This document shows positions 1 to 10,086 of a stretch of DNA of 64,000 nt, in pieces. The DNA is from an uncultured cyanobacterium. Its GTDB lineage: Bacteria; Cyanobacteriota; Cyanobacteriia; PCC-9006; JAAUQQ01. The notes below the pieces were generated by a model. It worked only from the letters and a program-made list of their open reading frames with translations. It did not search any database and was not told the DNA's origin. Positions within the stretch are counted from its first letter, which is position 1; every line of letters begins with the position of its first letter. The position numbers were made by a program, and so were the translations under genes. Where the stretch lies: the NCBI GenBank assembly GCA_963718615.1, contig OY970368.1, positions 256,001 through 320,000 on the forward strand, read 5' to 3'.

Positions 1-57
1 TGTCCTATTAGATTGACCCCTTTGCAATCCAAGACCAACCCTTATCGGCTAAGCGCC

Positions 58-999
58 ATGTACCTTGATGCCCAGCAGTTTTGTGAACCGAGCCTAGAAG
101 ATGCGATCGATCGCCATCCGCTTGTGGTTCGCCCCGATATTCCGTTGGGGGAGGTGGTGGTGCAAATGGGTCAGTGTCGAGTATTACCGCCTGAAACACA
201 CCACTGCGGTTCGAGCTGCGCGATCGTTCTCGATGGCGAATCTGTGGTTGGCATTTTGACGGAGCGGGATGTGGTGAGGTTTGTGTCTCTTCAGTTGCCT
301 AGCTGCGATCTGCCCGTGAGCGAATTTATGGCCAGTCCGGTGGTGACATTGCCGGAAAAAGATTTTCGGGAAGTTTTTTCAGCGCTTTTTCTCTTCCGTC
401 GTTACAAAATTCGCCATCTCGTACTTGTCGATGAAGAACAGCGATTGCGGGGGGTGGTTTCCCAAGACAGTATGCGCCACGCCATTCGACCGGCGAATCT
501 GCTAAAAATGCGGCGGGTATCTGATGTAATGACAACGCCTGTGGTCCATGCCTTTGAATCTGCCTCGGTGCTGAGTTTGGCTCAGCAGATGACTAAGCAC
601 CGGGTGAGCTGTGTGGTCATTATCGAGGAAGATCCAGAGTTTGACCTGCGTCAGATCGGTTTGATTCCCGTGGGCATTGTGACGGAGCGAGATATTGTGC
701 AGTTTCAGGCCCTGCGCTTGGATTTGGCTCAAACCCCGGCCCGAGCGGTCATGAGTACGCCGCTGTTTTTACTCAGCCCCAAGGATTCGCTGCTCATGGC
801 CTATGAAGAGATGCAGCGGCGTTGGGTTCGGCGACTCGTGGTGTCCTGGGATTGGGGCAAGGGGCTAGGTATCGTGACGCAGACCAGTCTGCTACGTATT
901 TTTGACCCCATGGAAATGCATAGTGTGATCGATACGTTGCAACAAACGGTGAATGAGCTCCAGGCGGAGTTGCAAGCGCTAAAACAGCACCATGGCTAG
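58..999 (+). CDS. CBS domain protein (two CBS pairs) with short C-terminal coiled coil
   Basis: Repeated CBS motifs (VVGILTERDVVR, VSEFMASPVVTL, PVGIVTERDIVQ, GIVTQTSLL); ATG at 58 preferred over TTG at 13. Confidence 0.85.
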   Translation: MYLDAQQFCEPSLEDAIDRHPLVVRPDIPLGEVVVQMGQCRVLPPETHHCGSSCAIVLDGESVVGILTERDVVRFVSLQLPSCDLPVSEFMASPVVTLPEKDFREVFSALFLFRRYKIRHLVLVDEEQRLRGVVSQDSMRHAIRPANLLKMRRVSDVMTTPVVHAFESASVLSLAQQMTKHRVSCVVIIEEDPEFDLRQIGLIPVGIVTERDIVQFQALRLDLAQTPARAVMSTPLFLLSPKDSLLMAYEEMQRRWVRRLVVSWDWGKGLGIVTQTSLLRIFDPMEMHSVIDTLQQTVNELQAELQALKQHHG

Positions 1000-1400
1000 G
1001 GTTTGGCTCTTCGCGAGTCGTTATTTATCTGGGCTAATTGCTGAAGTTTGATGAAGCCTAGAAGTTGTTTTAAGCTGCGTTGATCCCGCATATATGCAGA
1101 CTTAGCGCAGGTTGGGTTTGAAGAAAAATAGAAGTGTGCGAGGGAGAGATGCGATCGCTCCCCTATCATTCTGCGCAAAACCACAGTCACTTTAGACAGC
1201 AATTAACTAGAAGTAGAAACGTATAAAGAACAACAAAAACTGTTTTTACTTTTGGAACCAGCTTTGGGCGGTGGCTATGATGCATGCAGTTGGGTCAAGC
1301 GCTTCTTGACAAGAACCCAACTCCAACATAGTCAGCCAGATTGCATCTTTATCATTTCACTTGCAGTTCTTCTAATCATTACTTCAAAGCTTCTCACCTC

Positions 1401-2183
1401 ATGACTAAGATCACTCGTCTTTTAGGTATTTTTGTACTTCTGTCGATTACTTCCTTTGCAAATGTAGCTAAAGCTGGCGATCAGAAGCCTTCCGAAAGTA
1501 GCTCTAAGAACCAGTCTGTAACCGAAGTCGAGAAGTCTAGTCAAGACAAGACCGAGCAGGAAAAGGCTAAGCAGGAAAAGGAAAAAGCGGAAAACGAGAA
1601 AGCTGATAAAGAAAAGGCTGACAAGGAAAAGGCCGAAAAAGAGAAGGCTGACAAGGAAAAGGCCGAAAAAGAGAAGGCTGACAAGGAAAAGGCCGAAAAA
1701 GAGAAGGCTGAGCAGGAAAAGGAAAAGGCCGAAAAAGAGAAGGAAAAGGCCGAAAAAGAGAAGGAAAAGGCTGATAAAGAAAAAGCTGACAAGGAAAAGG
1801 CTGATAAGGAAAAGGCCGACAAAGAAAAGGCTGAGCAGGAAAAGGAAAAGGCTGATAAAGAGAAGGTTGACAAAGAAAAGGCTGAGCAGGAAAAAGAGCA
1901 CTCCCAGGAGAAAGAATCTGAGCATAAAGAGGAGGGCGATCGCGAAGGCCATGATGAGCACCACGGCAGCTACAACATAGGAGATATGGATGACCACGAT
2001 TCGTCTCAAGAACATAGCGATCGCCACGAAGATGAATCTGATAAATCTGGCTCGCCTGAAGTGAAATCAGCCAACCCAAATGTAGGTTCAACCAATAACT
2101 CCGTATCCGTCCCGGAACCCAGCCTACTGCTTGGTCTAGGGGTTGCAGCCCTCGGCGCGAAGCGTGCCCGCAAGCGTCAGTAA
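1401..2183 (+). CDS. PEP-CTERM sorted surface protein with Glu/Lys-rich (KEKAD/KEKAE) repeat stalk
   Basis: Signal peptide MTKITRLLGIFVLLSITSFANVAKA; KEKA[D/E] repeats; C-terminal VPEPSLLLGLGVAALGAKRARKRQ. Confidence 0.85.
   Translation: MTKITRLLGIFVLLSITSFANVAKAGDQKPSESSSKNQSVTEVEKSSQDKTEQEKAKQEKEKAENEKADKEKADKEKAEKEKADKEKAEKEKADKEKAEKEKAEQEKEKAEKEKEKAEKEKEKADKEKADKEKADKEKADKEKAEQEKEKADKEKVDKEKAEQEKEHSQEKESEHKEEGDREGHDEHHGSYNIGDMDDHDSSQEHSDRHEDESDKSGSPEVKSANPNVGSTNNSVSVPEPSLLLGLGVAALGAKRARKRQ
1545..1900 (+). repeat. Coding tandem repeat, mostly 15-bp units (gaaaaggctgacaag-like)
   Basis: Directly visible repeats encoding KEKAD/KEKAE. Confidence 0.9.
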
Positions 2184-2238
2184 GGTGAATTACACTGAAT
2201 CTGCTCAGCAGTTCAAACTAATAATTAAGTAAACTTAC

Positions 2239-2279
2239 ATGATCCTGGTAGTGATTTTCTGCCAGGGTCATTCCTTTTT
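2239..2279 (+). terminator. Probable intrinsic terminator
   Basis: Hairpin atgatcctggtag...ctgccagggtcat followed by a T-rich tail, downstream of the PEP-CTERM gene. Confidence 0.55.
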
Positions 2280-2284
2280 AGAAG

Positions 2285-2513
2285 TTGACAAATGTCGAAC
2301 AGCCTCCTGTTGTTGGTCAGCCTCCAGTGGAAGAACCCTCGACTCCTGATATCCCTTCTGTTGGTATAAACACTCCCGAGGTTTCTAGCTCCTACGAGGC
2401 ACCGCCCGAAGAGCCAACTGTAAAAAAAAGTGCCGGAACCCAGTCTGTTGCTTGGTTTAGGTATCGTAACGCTTGGGGGTCGAGTGCTGCGTAAGCGCCG
2501 CCAAGATGCTTAA
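2285..2513 (+). pseudogene. 5'-truncated PEP-CTERM gene remnant (Pro/Glu linker plus sorting signal), frameshifted
   Basis: Removing one A from A8 (2422-2429) gives ...EEPTVKKVPEPSLLLGLGIVTLGGRVLRKRRQDA*; no signal peptide upstream. Confidence 0.7.
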
Positions 2514-2580
2514 GCCTAACCGGGCATTTGCCCAGAGAAGCACAAGACTGAGACGACGTTCAGCCATGGAATAGCCTTGA

Positions 2581-2617
2581 AGCCCCGGTCATCTCTTCAT
2601 GGAGAGCCGGGGTTTTC
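2581..2617 (+). terminator. Probable intrinsic terminator
   Basis: agccccgg...ccggggtttt hairpin. Confidence 0.55.
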
Positions 2618-2762
2618 CTATGGATGGTTCTGTGAATCGTGGGATCAACAAGGTTTAGGAAAGAGCCTGCTGAGGGGTGAGAGCGTGCCCTGGTGTACTC
2701 TTTTTTTGCGCCCTTTTCGCGGTAGGATCGGCGAGTTACAACATTTGTGAACCAGTTGAACC

Positions 2763-3152
2763 ATGGCTGAGCGACCTATTAAACGATCTGAACGCGCTGA
2801 GCGTGGTGAGGGAGAGGAGCGCAAGGAGGAGCGGCGCGAGGAGCGTCGGGATAGCGGCGGCAAGAGCGGCGGCAAGGGCCGTGGCAAGGGCGGACGGGGG
2901 AGAGGTGAGGGCGATCGCGAAGAGCAAAAGCAGCCTGTGAATCCGGCGCTAGTACGGGGTCCCAAGCCTGGTTCGAAGAAAAAGGAAGCGCCTAAGCCAG
3001 AAGTGGCGGAAGCGGTGAGCGACGCAACCGCTGAGACAACGGAGGTTCCTACCGAAGAAACTTCCACCGAAGCAACTTCCACCGAAGCAACTCCCGCAGA
3101 AGAAACTTCCACTGATGAAACTCCCGCAGAGGAAACTCCGGCTGACGCCTAG
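2763..3152 (+). CDS. Cyanobacterial-type hypothetical low-complexity protein
   Basis: MAERPIKRSER start, VNPALVRGPKP motif, acidic E/T/A tail with 15-bp repeats. Confidence 0.7.
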   Translation: MAERPIKRSERAERGEGEERKEERREERRDSGGKSGGKGRGKGGRGRGEGDREEQKQPVNPALVRGPKPGSKKKEAPKPEVAEAVSDATAETTEVPTEETSTEATSTEATPAEETSTDETPAEETPADA

Positions 3153-3336
3153 GGGAGCGGTGCGTTGAGCATGGTGAGTGGATTATATTGATGATTTGGG
3201 GCGATCGCTAACGGTTTGGCGATCGCCCTAATTTGATTGCAGTACCCAAAATACCCAGAGAATTTTGGCAAAATGGACGGATGGGTTCCGTGATTCTCGG
3301 GATCTAGGAATAGTTTCCCGTTCTGGATTGACGCCC

Positions 3337-6300
3337 ATGGCCCGCAAAAGCCTCCAGGATCTGATTCGTCAACGGCAGCGATCGACCTTTGTGGGTCGGG
3401 AGGCGCAGCTTGAGTTGTTTCGAGAAACGGTGCGCAATCCACGGGTTGAGCTGGATGGGACGCGCTATTTTGACCACCTGATTTTTAATATTTGGGGTCA
3501 GGGCGGTGTGGGTAAATCGACGCTGATGGGGCAGTTTCAGCAGATTGCCCAGGGTTCTGGGTTGGGGGGCGCTGATTTTGTCAGGGTGTCGATGGATGAG
3601 GGGATTAAGGCGCTGCCGGAGATGCTGGGGCGGTTTGCGGATCAGCTCGCGCAGCAGGGGCTGCCGCTGCCCAAGTTTGCGGAGCGGTACAAAACCTATC
3701 GGGAAAAGCGGGAGGAAGTGGAAACGGATCCGGAGGCTCCCCAGGGGTTTGCGGCGTTTTTGGGTCGGACGGTGACGCGGACGGGGTTGCGATTGGCGAA
3801 GCAGGTGCCGTTGGGCGGGGATGCGTTGGCGGAGCTGGTGGACGATAAGGCGTTGGTGGACCAGGGGGGCGAGTGGGCAACCTATCTGTCGCGCAAGCTG
3901 AAGAATAAGGACGAGGTGATTCTGCTGCGGGAGTCGGAGCGGGTGTTGACGCAACTGTTTCTAAAGGACTTGGAGGCGGTGGCGGCGAAGCGGGATATTT
4001 TGTTCTGTTTGGATACCTATGAGGAGACGGGTGAGTTTTTGGATAGCTGGCTGCGGGCGCTGCTGACGGAGGAGCAGTATGGGGCGGTGCCAACTAATGT
4101 GGTGATGGTGATTGCGGGGCGGGCGGAGCTGGACCGAAACCATTGGGCGGAGTTGGGCGATTTGATTGTGCGGTTGCCGCTGGAGCCGTTTACGGAGGAG
4201 GAAGCTCAGGGCTTTTTGGCGCGGAAGGGGATTGTCGATGAGCGGGTGGTTGAGGTGATTCTGGAGATTTCGGGGCGGTTGCCGTTGTTGATGGCGACGT
4301 TGGCGGAGGAGTCGCCGGAGGATGCAGGGTCAGTGGGGGATGCGAGTGGGACGGCGGTGGAGCGGTTTCTCAAGTGGGTGGATGATCCGGTGCAGCGGCA
4401 ATTGGCGTTGGATGGGGCGTTGCCTCGGCGGCTCGATCGGGATGTGGTGGCTTGTTTAGTGGGAGAAGATCGGGCGGAGGAGCTGTTTGCTTGGTTGAAG
4501 GGGCGGGCGTTTGTGCAGGAGAAGTCCGATGGTTGGCGGTATCACGAGGTGGTGCGCAGCCAGATGTTGCGGTATGTGCGCAAGCAGTCGGAGCGGGATT
4601 GGAAGGCGCGGCAGGGGAAGTTGGCGGCGTATTTTGGGGAGTTGCGGCGGGGTTGGAGCTTTCTGAGGATGAGGCTTGGAAGGATGAGCAGTGGCAGGGG
4701 TTGCGGCTGGAAGAGTTGTATCACCAGCTTTGTTCCGTGGGGAATTTGGGGTTGAGTGAGGCGATTAATGGCTTTTTGCGGGCGCTGAAGGCGAAGCGGG
4801 GATTTGCGGAGCGGTGGGCGGGGGTGATGGGGGAGGTGGGGAAATGTTGTGAGGCGGGGCGGGTTTTGGAGTGGGGGGAGCGGTTGCGGCGGGATGGGTT
4901 AACGGCTTATGAGGAAGATCGGTATAGGGAAGCGATCGCGATGTTTTCTGCGGTTTTGGGGCGGCAGGAATTGCAGGAGGGGATGCGGGCGGTTGCTTTG
5001 GCTTGGCGGGGGGAAAGTTATCGTTTGGATTCGCAGTATGAGGCTGCGCTGAAGGATTTGAATCGTGCGATTGAGCTGGATTCGGAATATAAATGGGCGA
5101 TCGCCTCACGAGGCTTCACTTACCGATTGATGGAACGCTGCGAAGAAGCCATCACTGACTTTAGCCGTGCGATTGAACTGGATTCGGAATATAAATGGGC
5201 GATATTCCAACGCGGCTACACTTACCAATTGATGGAACGCTACGAAGAGGCCATCACTGACTGCAGCCGTGCGATTGAGCTGGATTCGGAATATAAAAGG
5301 GCGATCTTCCTACGCGGCTATACTTACCAATTGATGGAATGCTACGAAGAGGCTATCACTGACTACAGCCGTGCGATTGAGTTGGATTCGGAAGATCAAC
5401 TTACAATTGCTTTTCGTGGCGGAACTTACCGATTGATGGAACGCTACGAAGAGGCCATTGCTGACTTCAACCGTGCTATTGAGCTGGATTTGGAAGATGA
5501 CTGGGCGATCGCCCAACGCGGCGAAGCTTACCGATTAATGGAGCGCTACGAAGATGCTATTTCTGATTTTGATTTTGTACTAAAAATTGATCCTCAAAAT
5601 ACCGACTGCCTGAATGAAAGAGGTTTAGCTCATCAAGCAATTAAAAATTATGAAAGGGCTGTAGAAAACTTCAACCTTTGCATAGGCATTGATTCAAACT
5701 ATAAATGGGCTTTCAGAAATCGCGGATACACTTACCGATTAATAGAGCGCTATGAAGAGGCCATAACTGACTTTAGCCGTGCCATTGAGCTGGATTCGGA
5801 ATATCAAGAGGCGATCGCCCAACGCGGCGAGACTTACCGATTGATGAAGTGCTACGAAGATGCTATTTCTGATTTTGATTTTGTACTAAAAATTGATCCT
5901 CAAAACACCGACTGCCTGAATAAAAGAGGTTTAGCTCATCAAGCAATTAAAAATTATGAAAGGGCTGTAGAAAACTTCGACCTTTGCATAGGCATCGATT
6001 CAAAATATAAATGGGCTTTCAGAAATCGTGGCGACACTTACCAATTGATGAAACGCTACGAAGAAGCCATCACTGACTACAGCCGTGCCATTGAGTTGGA
6101 TTTGGAATATCAATGGGCGATCGCCTCTCGCGGCAAAACTTACCAATTGATGGAACGCTATGAAGATGCCCTTACCGACTTTAGCCGTGCCATTAAGCTG
6201 AATTCGGAAGATAAAGGGGTGATCTTCCAACGTGGCCTCACTTACCAATTAATGGAACGCTACGGAGATGCAATCTCTGACTTCAGCCGTGCCATTAAAC

Positions 6301-7181
6301 TGGATTCAGAATATGAGTGGGCAATCTTTCTACGCGGCCAAACTTACCAATCAGTGGAACGCTACGAAGATGCCATTACTGACTTCAGTCGTGCTATTAA
6401 ACTGAATTCGGAATATAAAGGGGCGATCGCCCAACGCGGCAAAACTTACCAATTGATGGAACGTTACGAAGAAGCCATCACTGACTTTAGCCGTGCGATT
6501 GAGCTGGATTCGGGATATAAATGGGCGATCGCCCAACGCGGCAAAACTTACCAATTGATGGAACGTTACGAAGAAGCCATCACTGACTTCAACCGTGCGA
6601 TTGAGCTGGATTCGGAATATAAATGGGCGATCGCCCTACGCGGCGAAACTTGCCGATTGATGAAACGCTATCCAGAAGCCCTAACCGACTTCACCCGCGC
6701 CACTGAAATCGACCCCGAATACCGCTGGGCCATCCAACACCAAGCCGAACTCCACCTCCTCACCCACCACCCCCAAACCGCCCTCCCCAGCATCAACCGC
6801 GCCCTCGAACTCGACCCCGAATCCGACTGGTTCCACTACATCCGCGCCCTCACCCACCTCACTCTCAAAAACCCCACCGCCGCCCAAACCGACCTCACCC
6901 AAGCCATCCACCTCTGCCAACAAGAATTCAACCAAAACAAAGCCGACTGGCACGACAAATTCAACCTCCCCCTCTATCACCTCGTCGCCCAAAACCCCCA
7001 ACAAGCCAAAACCCTCTACCAAACCGCCCTCAACCAAAACCCACCCCTCGAAAAAATCAAAGAAGCCATCCGCGACCTCCAAGACCTCCTCACCATCCGA
7101 CCCAACACCCCTCACGCCCCAGCCTTCCTCAACGCCCTGGAAAAAGAGTTGCAAAAGAGACAACAGCCTAACCCCTATTGA
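3337..7181 (+). CDS. STAND/AAA_16-like ATPase fused to a long TPR array (one frameshift near 4645)
   Basis: FVGRE motif, Walker A GQGGVGKS, Walker B FCLDTYE, GRLPLL; the frame switches near 4640-4652 (adding one G restores ELRAGLELSEDEAWK) into the TPR ORF 4452..7181. Confidence 0.8.
5010..6740 (+). repeat. 102-bp TPR-coding tandem repeat array, including a near-identical 306-bp three-unit duplication
   Basis: Units RGxTYxLMERYEEAITDFSRAIELDSEYKWAIA; HIP1 sites at 5097, 5505, 5811, 6117, 6423, 6525 and 6627 are spaced by multiples of 102. Confidence 0.9.
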
Positions 7182-7281
7182 CCCCTAAAAAATCTGGCCA
7201 GATCCACAAGCCGACCCCCCAAAGCCGCCAAAAATAGCCGGTGTCTCCCCACCTCTCGAACATCCATGATCCTTTGTAAAA

Positions 7282-7355
7282 CGGGACTGGCGCGACTCGA
7301 ACGCGCGACCTAGCGCTTAGGAGGCGCTCGCTCTATCCAGCTGAGCTACAGCCCC
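7282..7355 (-). tRNA. trnR: tRNA-Arg(CCT)
   Basis: Reverse complement GGGGCTGTAGCTCAGCTGGATAGAGCGAGCGCCTCCTAAGCGCTAGGTCGCGCGTTCGAGTCGCGCCAGTCCCG; anticodon CCT. Confidence 0.95.
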
Positions 7356-7528
7356 AAGAGATAAAAGTTGTTACCCATTATAAAAACCCGATCCAGACTT
7401 CACATCGGCCAAACCCCTGATGAATCAGATTAAGCCTTAGATCTCAACCCGCAAATCCCCCTTTTTTGTAGGTTTTTTTGTGGGCAGTTCTAGGCAAAGT
7501 CCTGGGGATCCGCATCCAACCCGCCCCG

Positions 7529-8107
7529 CTAAAATCGCGTCCTGGTGCGATCGCTCCCTTCCCACAGCGCCCCCTGAAGCTGACTCCACCGAAAATCCGC
7601 CTCTCTAAGATGGCTCTCCCGAAAATCCGCCTCCACACCATAGATCTGCGTTAAATGGGCCTCAACCAAATGCGCCCGCCTCAACTTCGCTCGATACAGC
7701 CAAGCCCCAATCAAATCCGCCTGGGTCAGCGTGGCATCCGTTAGATCCGCATCACAGAGATGGGCTTCCCGCAGATTGGCATTGCCTAGATTGGCCCGCA
7801 GGAGCTGAGCCCGGTTGAGAATTGCCCCTCGCAAATTGGCATCCCAGAGATTGGCCCCAATCAAATTGGTATCGCTCAGGTCTGCCCCTTGCAAATTGGC
7901 TTGGCGGAGATCCGCGCCGGTTAGGACGGCACCCCGCAGTTGGGCTTCCTGGAGATTGGCTCCTGCAAGATTGGTCCCCACGAGCGATCGCGCTGGATCC
8001 AACGCCAACCCCATCAACTCCGGCTGCACCAGAGGAAAATCCCGCCGCCAAGCGGTCCACTGAGCGAGCCCCTGGTTGAGTAAGGCCACATGCCGGGGAT
8101 TTGCCAT
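7529..8107 (-). CDS. Pentapeptide repeat protein
   Basis: A[N/D]L-type pentapeptide repeats after a typical N-terminus (GLAQWTAWRR). Confidence 0.9.
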   Translation of the reverse strand: MANPRHVALLNQGLAQWTAWRRDFPLVQPELMGLALDPARSLVGTNLAGANLQEAQLRGAVLTGADLRQANLQGADLSDTNLIGANLWDANLRGAILNRAQLLRANLGNANLREAHLCDADLTDATLTQADLIGAWLYRAKLRRAHLVEAHLTQIYGVEADFRESHLREADFRWSQLQGALWEGSDRTRTRF

Positions 8108-8110
8108 GGC

Positions 8111-8749
8111 CTACTCCTTGCTGAGGTGCAATTCAGGGCGACCGGGAAGACTTTCGATCGCAGCGGTCACCGCCGAAGCTGCTGCCAAAATCTCCCGCTC
8201 GGGTCCCCCCAGATACAGTCGCCCAAAACTGCCCACGGAGGTGACATGCAAAATATTGATACTGGCAGCCTTTTCCGCTTCGTTGGCGGCGAGGGAGGCA
8301 TAGGCCGCAGGCTGAACCTCAAAGACAAAGAGGGTTTGTCCCGCCGTAATCATCATGCCGCGACAACTGCGGTTGATCAGTTGGGCATGGTGGGGGTCGA
8401 TATTGCGAATAATCTGGTTCGAGACGACGCGAGGCTTGAGGCTGTCTTGGCGACTGACACCGAGCTTGCTGAGGATAGCCTCCCCGGCGGCGCGGACTTC
8501 TCCTTGGTTGCTGGCGTGGATTTCCATTAAGCCATACAACCGCTCCACAAACAGCACGCCGGGGCGCACCACAGCGGCTTTCATCGCCACATCCATCAGC
8601 CGGTTGACCTCTAGACCCGGAGAAACCTCGATCCACAGGGACGCATCACCGGGCAAGGGCAAAAAACCCAGGGACACCGTTCCGACAAAGGCCGCATGTT
8701 GGGACTGGAGGTTGTCAATATAAACGTAGCTACGCAGTTCGATACCCAA
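8111..8749 (-). CDS. ccmP: Carboxysome tandem-BMC shell protein CcmP
   Basis: [24 protein letters not shown]...[10 protein letters not shown]...ANEAEKAA...[10 protein letters not shown]; TTG start at 8749. Confidence 0.85.
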   Translation of the reverse strand: MGIELRSYVYIDNLQSQHAAFVGTVSLGFLPLPGDASLWIEVSPGLEVNRLMDVAMKAAVVRPGVLFVERLYGLMEIHASNQGEVRAAGEAILSKLGVSRQDSLKPRVVSNQIIRNIDPHHAQLINRSCRGMMITAGQTLFVFEVQPAAYASLAANEAEKAASINILHVTSVGSFGRLYLGGPEREILAAASAVTAAIESLPGRPELHLSKE

Positions 8750-8922
8750 AACAAGTCTCTCAAGAACGGCTCTAGGGGCGGCCAGGAATAGCCAGTGGGA
8801 GGCAATCTGTGGGATCACACATGGGATCACAGGGACTGCGATCGCACCGGCTTTCTATTGTTGCAGATTTGTGGGGCAGATCTTGAATATGCTGGTGTTG
8901 TGCCCTTACCAACCCTTGCATC

Positions 8923-9792
8923 ATGTGGGATGAAATCGCTCGCCAGATTAGCCAGGTTACGGCCCGTCCGTTTGCGCTGTGCGATCGCCAGTCCGTCGGG
9001 GGCGGCTGCATTAACCAGGGCTATCGGATCGAGGGGGAGGGGGGCGATCGCTACTTCGTCAAACTCAACCAGGCCAGCCAAATCGCCATGTTCGAGGCCG
9101 AGGCCCTAGGGCTCAAGCAAATGGCAGCGGCCCAGGCCATGCGGGTGCCGCGACCGATTTGTCTTGGTACGGCGGGCGGCTCTGGTTATCTGGTGCTGGA
9201 ATGGTTGGAGCTGGGGGGACGGGGGCAAACGGGTTGGGCAGAAATGGGGCGGCAGTTGGCGCGGCTGCATCGGTTGGCGAGGAGCGATCGCGGCTTCGGT
9301 TGGCAGCGCAACAATACCATCGGCTCAACCCCCCAGATCAACGACTGGACCCCAGACTGGGCCGAGTTTTGGGCCGAGCATCGCCTGGGCTATCAACTGC
9401 GGCTGGCTCAGCGCCAGGGGGGGCGGTTTGCCGGGAGCGATGACCTCCTGGCCCGGATTCCCGCCTTGCTGGCAGGCCACCATCCAGAACCTTCCCTGGT
9501 CCATGGCGATCTGTGGTCGGGCAATGCAGCCGTGATGGCGGATGGGACGCCGGTGATTTTTGATCCGGCGGTTTATTATGGCGATCGCGAAGTCGATCTG
9601 GCCATGACCGAACTCTTTGGCGGTTTCCCCGCCGCGTTTTACCAAGGCTACGAAGAAATCTGGCCCCTGCCATCAGGCTACGACCAGAGAAAAACTTTAT
9701 ACAACCTCTACCACATCCTCAATCACTTCAATCTCTTTGGGGGCGGCTACGGCTCCCAAGCCCAGCGGATGATGGAACAGTTGCTGCGATAA
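8923..9792 (+). CDS. Fructosamine kinase family protein
   Basis: VGGGCIN, FEAEALGL, PSLVHGDLWSGN, DPAVYYGDREVDLAM. Confidence 0.92.
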   Translation: MWDEIARQISQVTARPFALCDRQSVGGGCINQGYRIEGEGGDRYFVKLNQASQIAMFEAEALGLKQMAAAQAMRVPRPICLGTAGGSGYLVLEWLELGGRGQTGWAEMGRQLARLHRLARSDRGFGWQRNNTIGSTPQINDWTPDWAEFWAEHRLGYQLRLAQRQGGRFAGSDDLLARIPALLAGHHPEPSLVHGDLWSGNAAVMADGTPVIFDPAVYYGDREVDLAMTELFGGFPAAFYQGYEEIWPLPSGYDQRKTLYNLYHILNHFNLFGGGYGSQAQRMMEQLLR

Positions 9793-10086
9793 TTCCGTCT
9801 TCTCCCCTAGGAACGAGTTGTAGAGAATGCTTGAGTGGCTCTTATGCCGCCGGAATTATCGAAATTTTGTCGAGCTTCGCAAAAACTTTATCCGGAATCT
9901 GCTGATCTCTTTTCCTCGGAAGGGAATACATACGACTAGTAGAACATGTTTTCACTTTGACTGATGACCTCAGTAAATTTTCTGATGAGAACTTTCTCGT
10001 GAGAACCTTCTGATCAAACTTTTTTGGGGTATCGATCGCAACCTTTTACACCGCCATTTACACCACTGATTCAGCAGCCCTCAGCC

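Noticed and set aside
1422-2091. Long antisense ORFs rich in F/L/S
   Set aside because: Shadows of the KEKAD repeat; the plus-strand frame has both a signal peptide and a PEP-CTERM signal.
4452-4650. N-terminus of the 909-aa ORF as an independent gene start
   Set aside because: It overlaps the ATPase frame and reads as shadow sequence; one gene with a single frameshift is more parsimonious.
5010-6740. Regular repeats as a possible CRISPR array or DGR template/variable pair
   Set aside because: Units are contiguous 102-bp in-frame TPR codons with no spacers; variation is not adenine-specific; no cas or reverse transcriptase gene lies in the window.
6681-7163. 160-aa antisense ORF rich in G/V/E
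   Set aside because: An artefact of the extreme C/A skew of the sense gene, which removes antisense stop codons.
7282-7355. tRNA-Arg as a prophage or island attachment site
   Set aside because: No integrase nearby, and I could not find a duplicate of the tRNA 3' end in the window.
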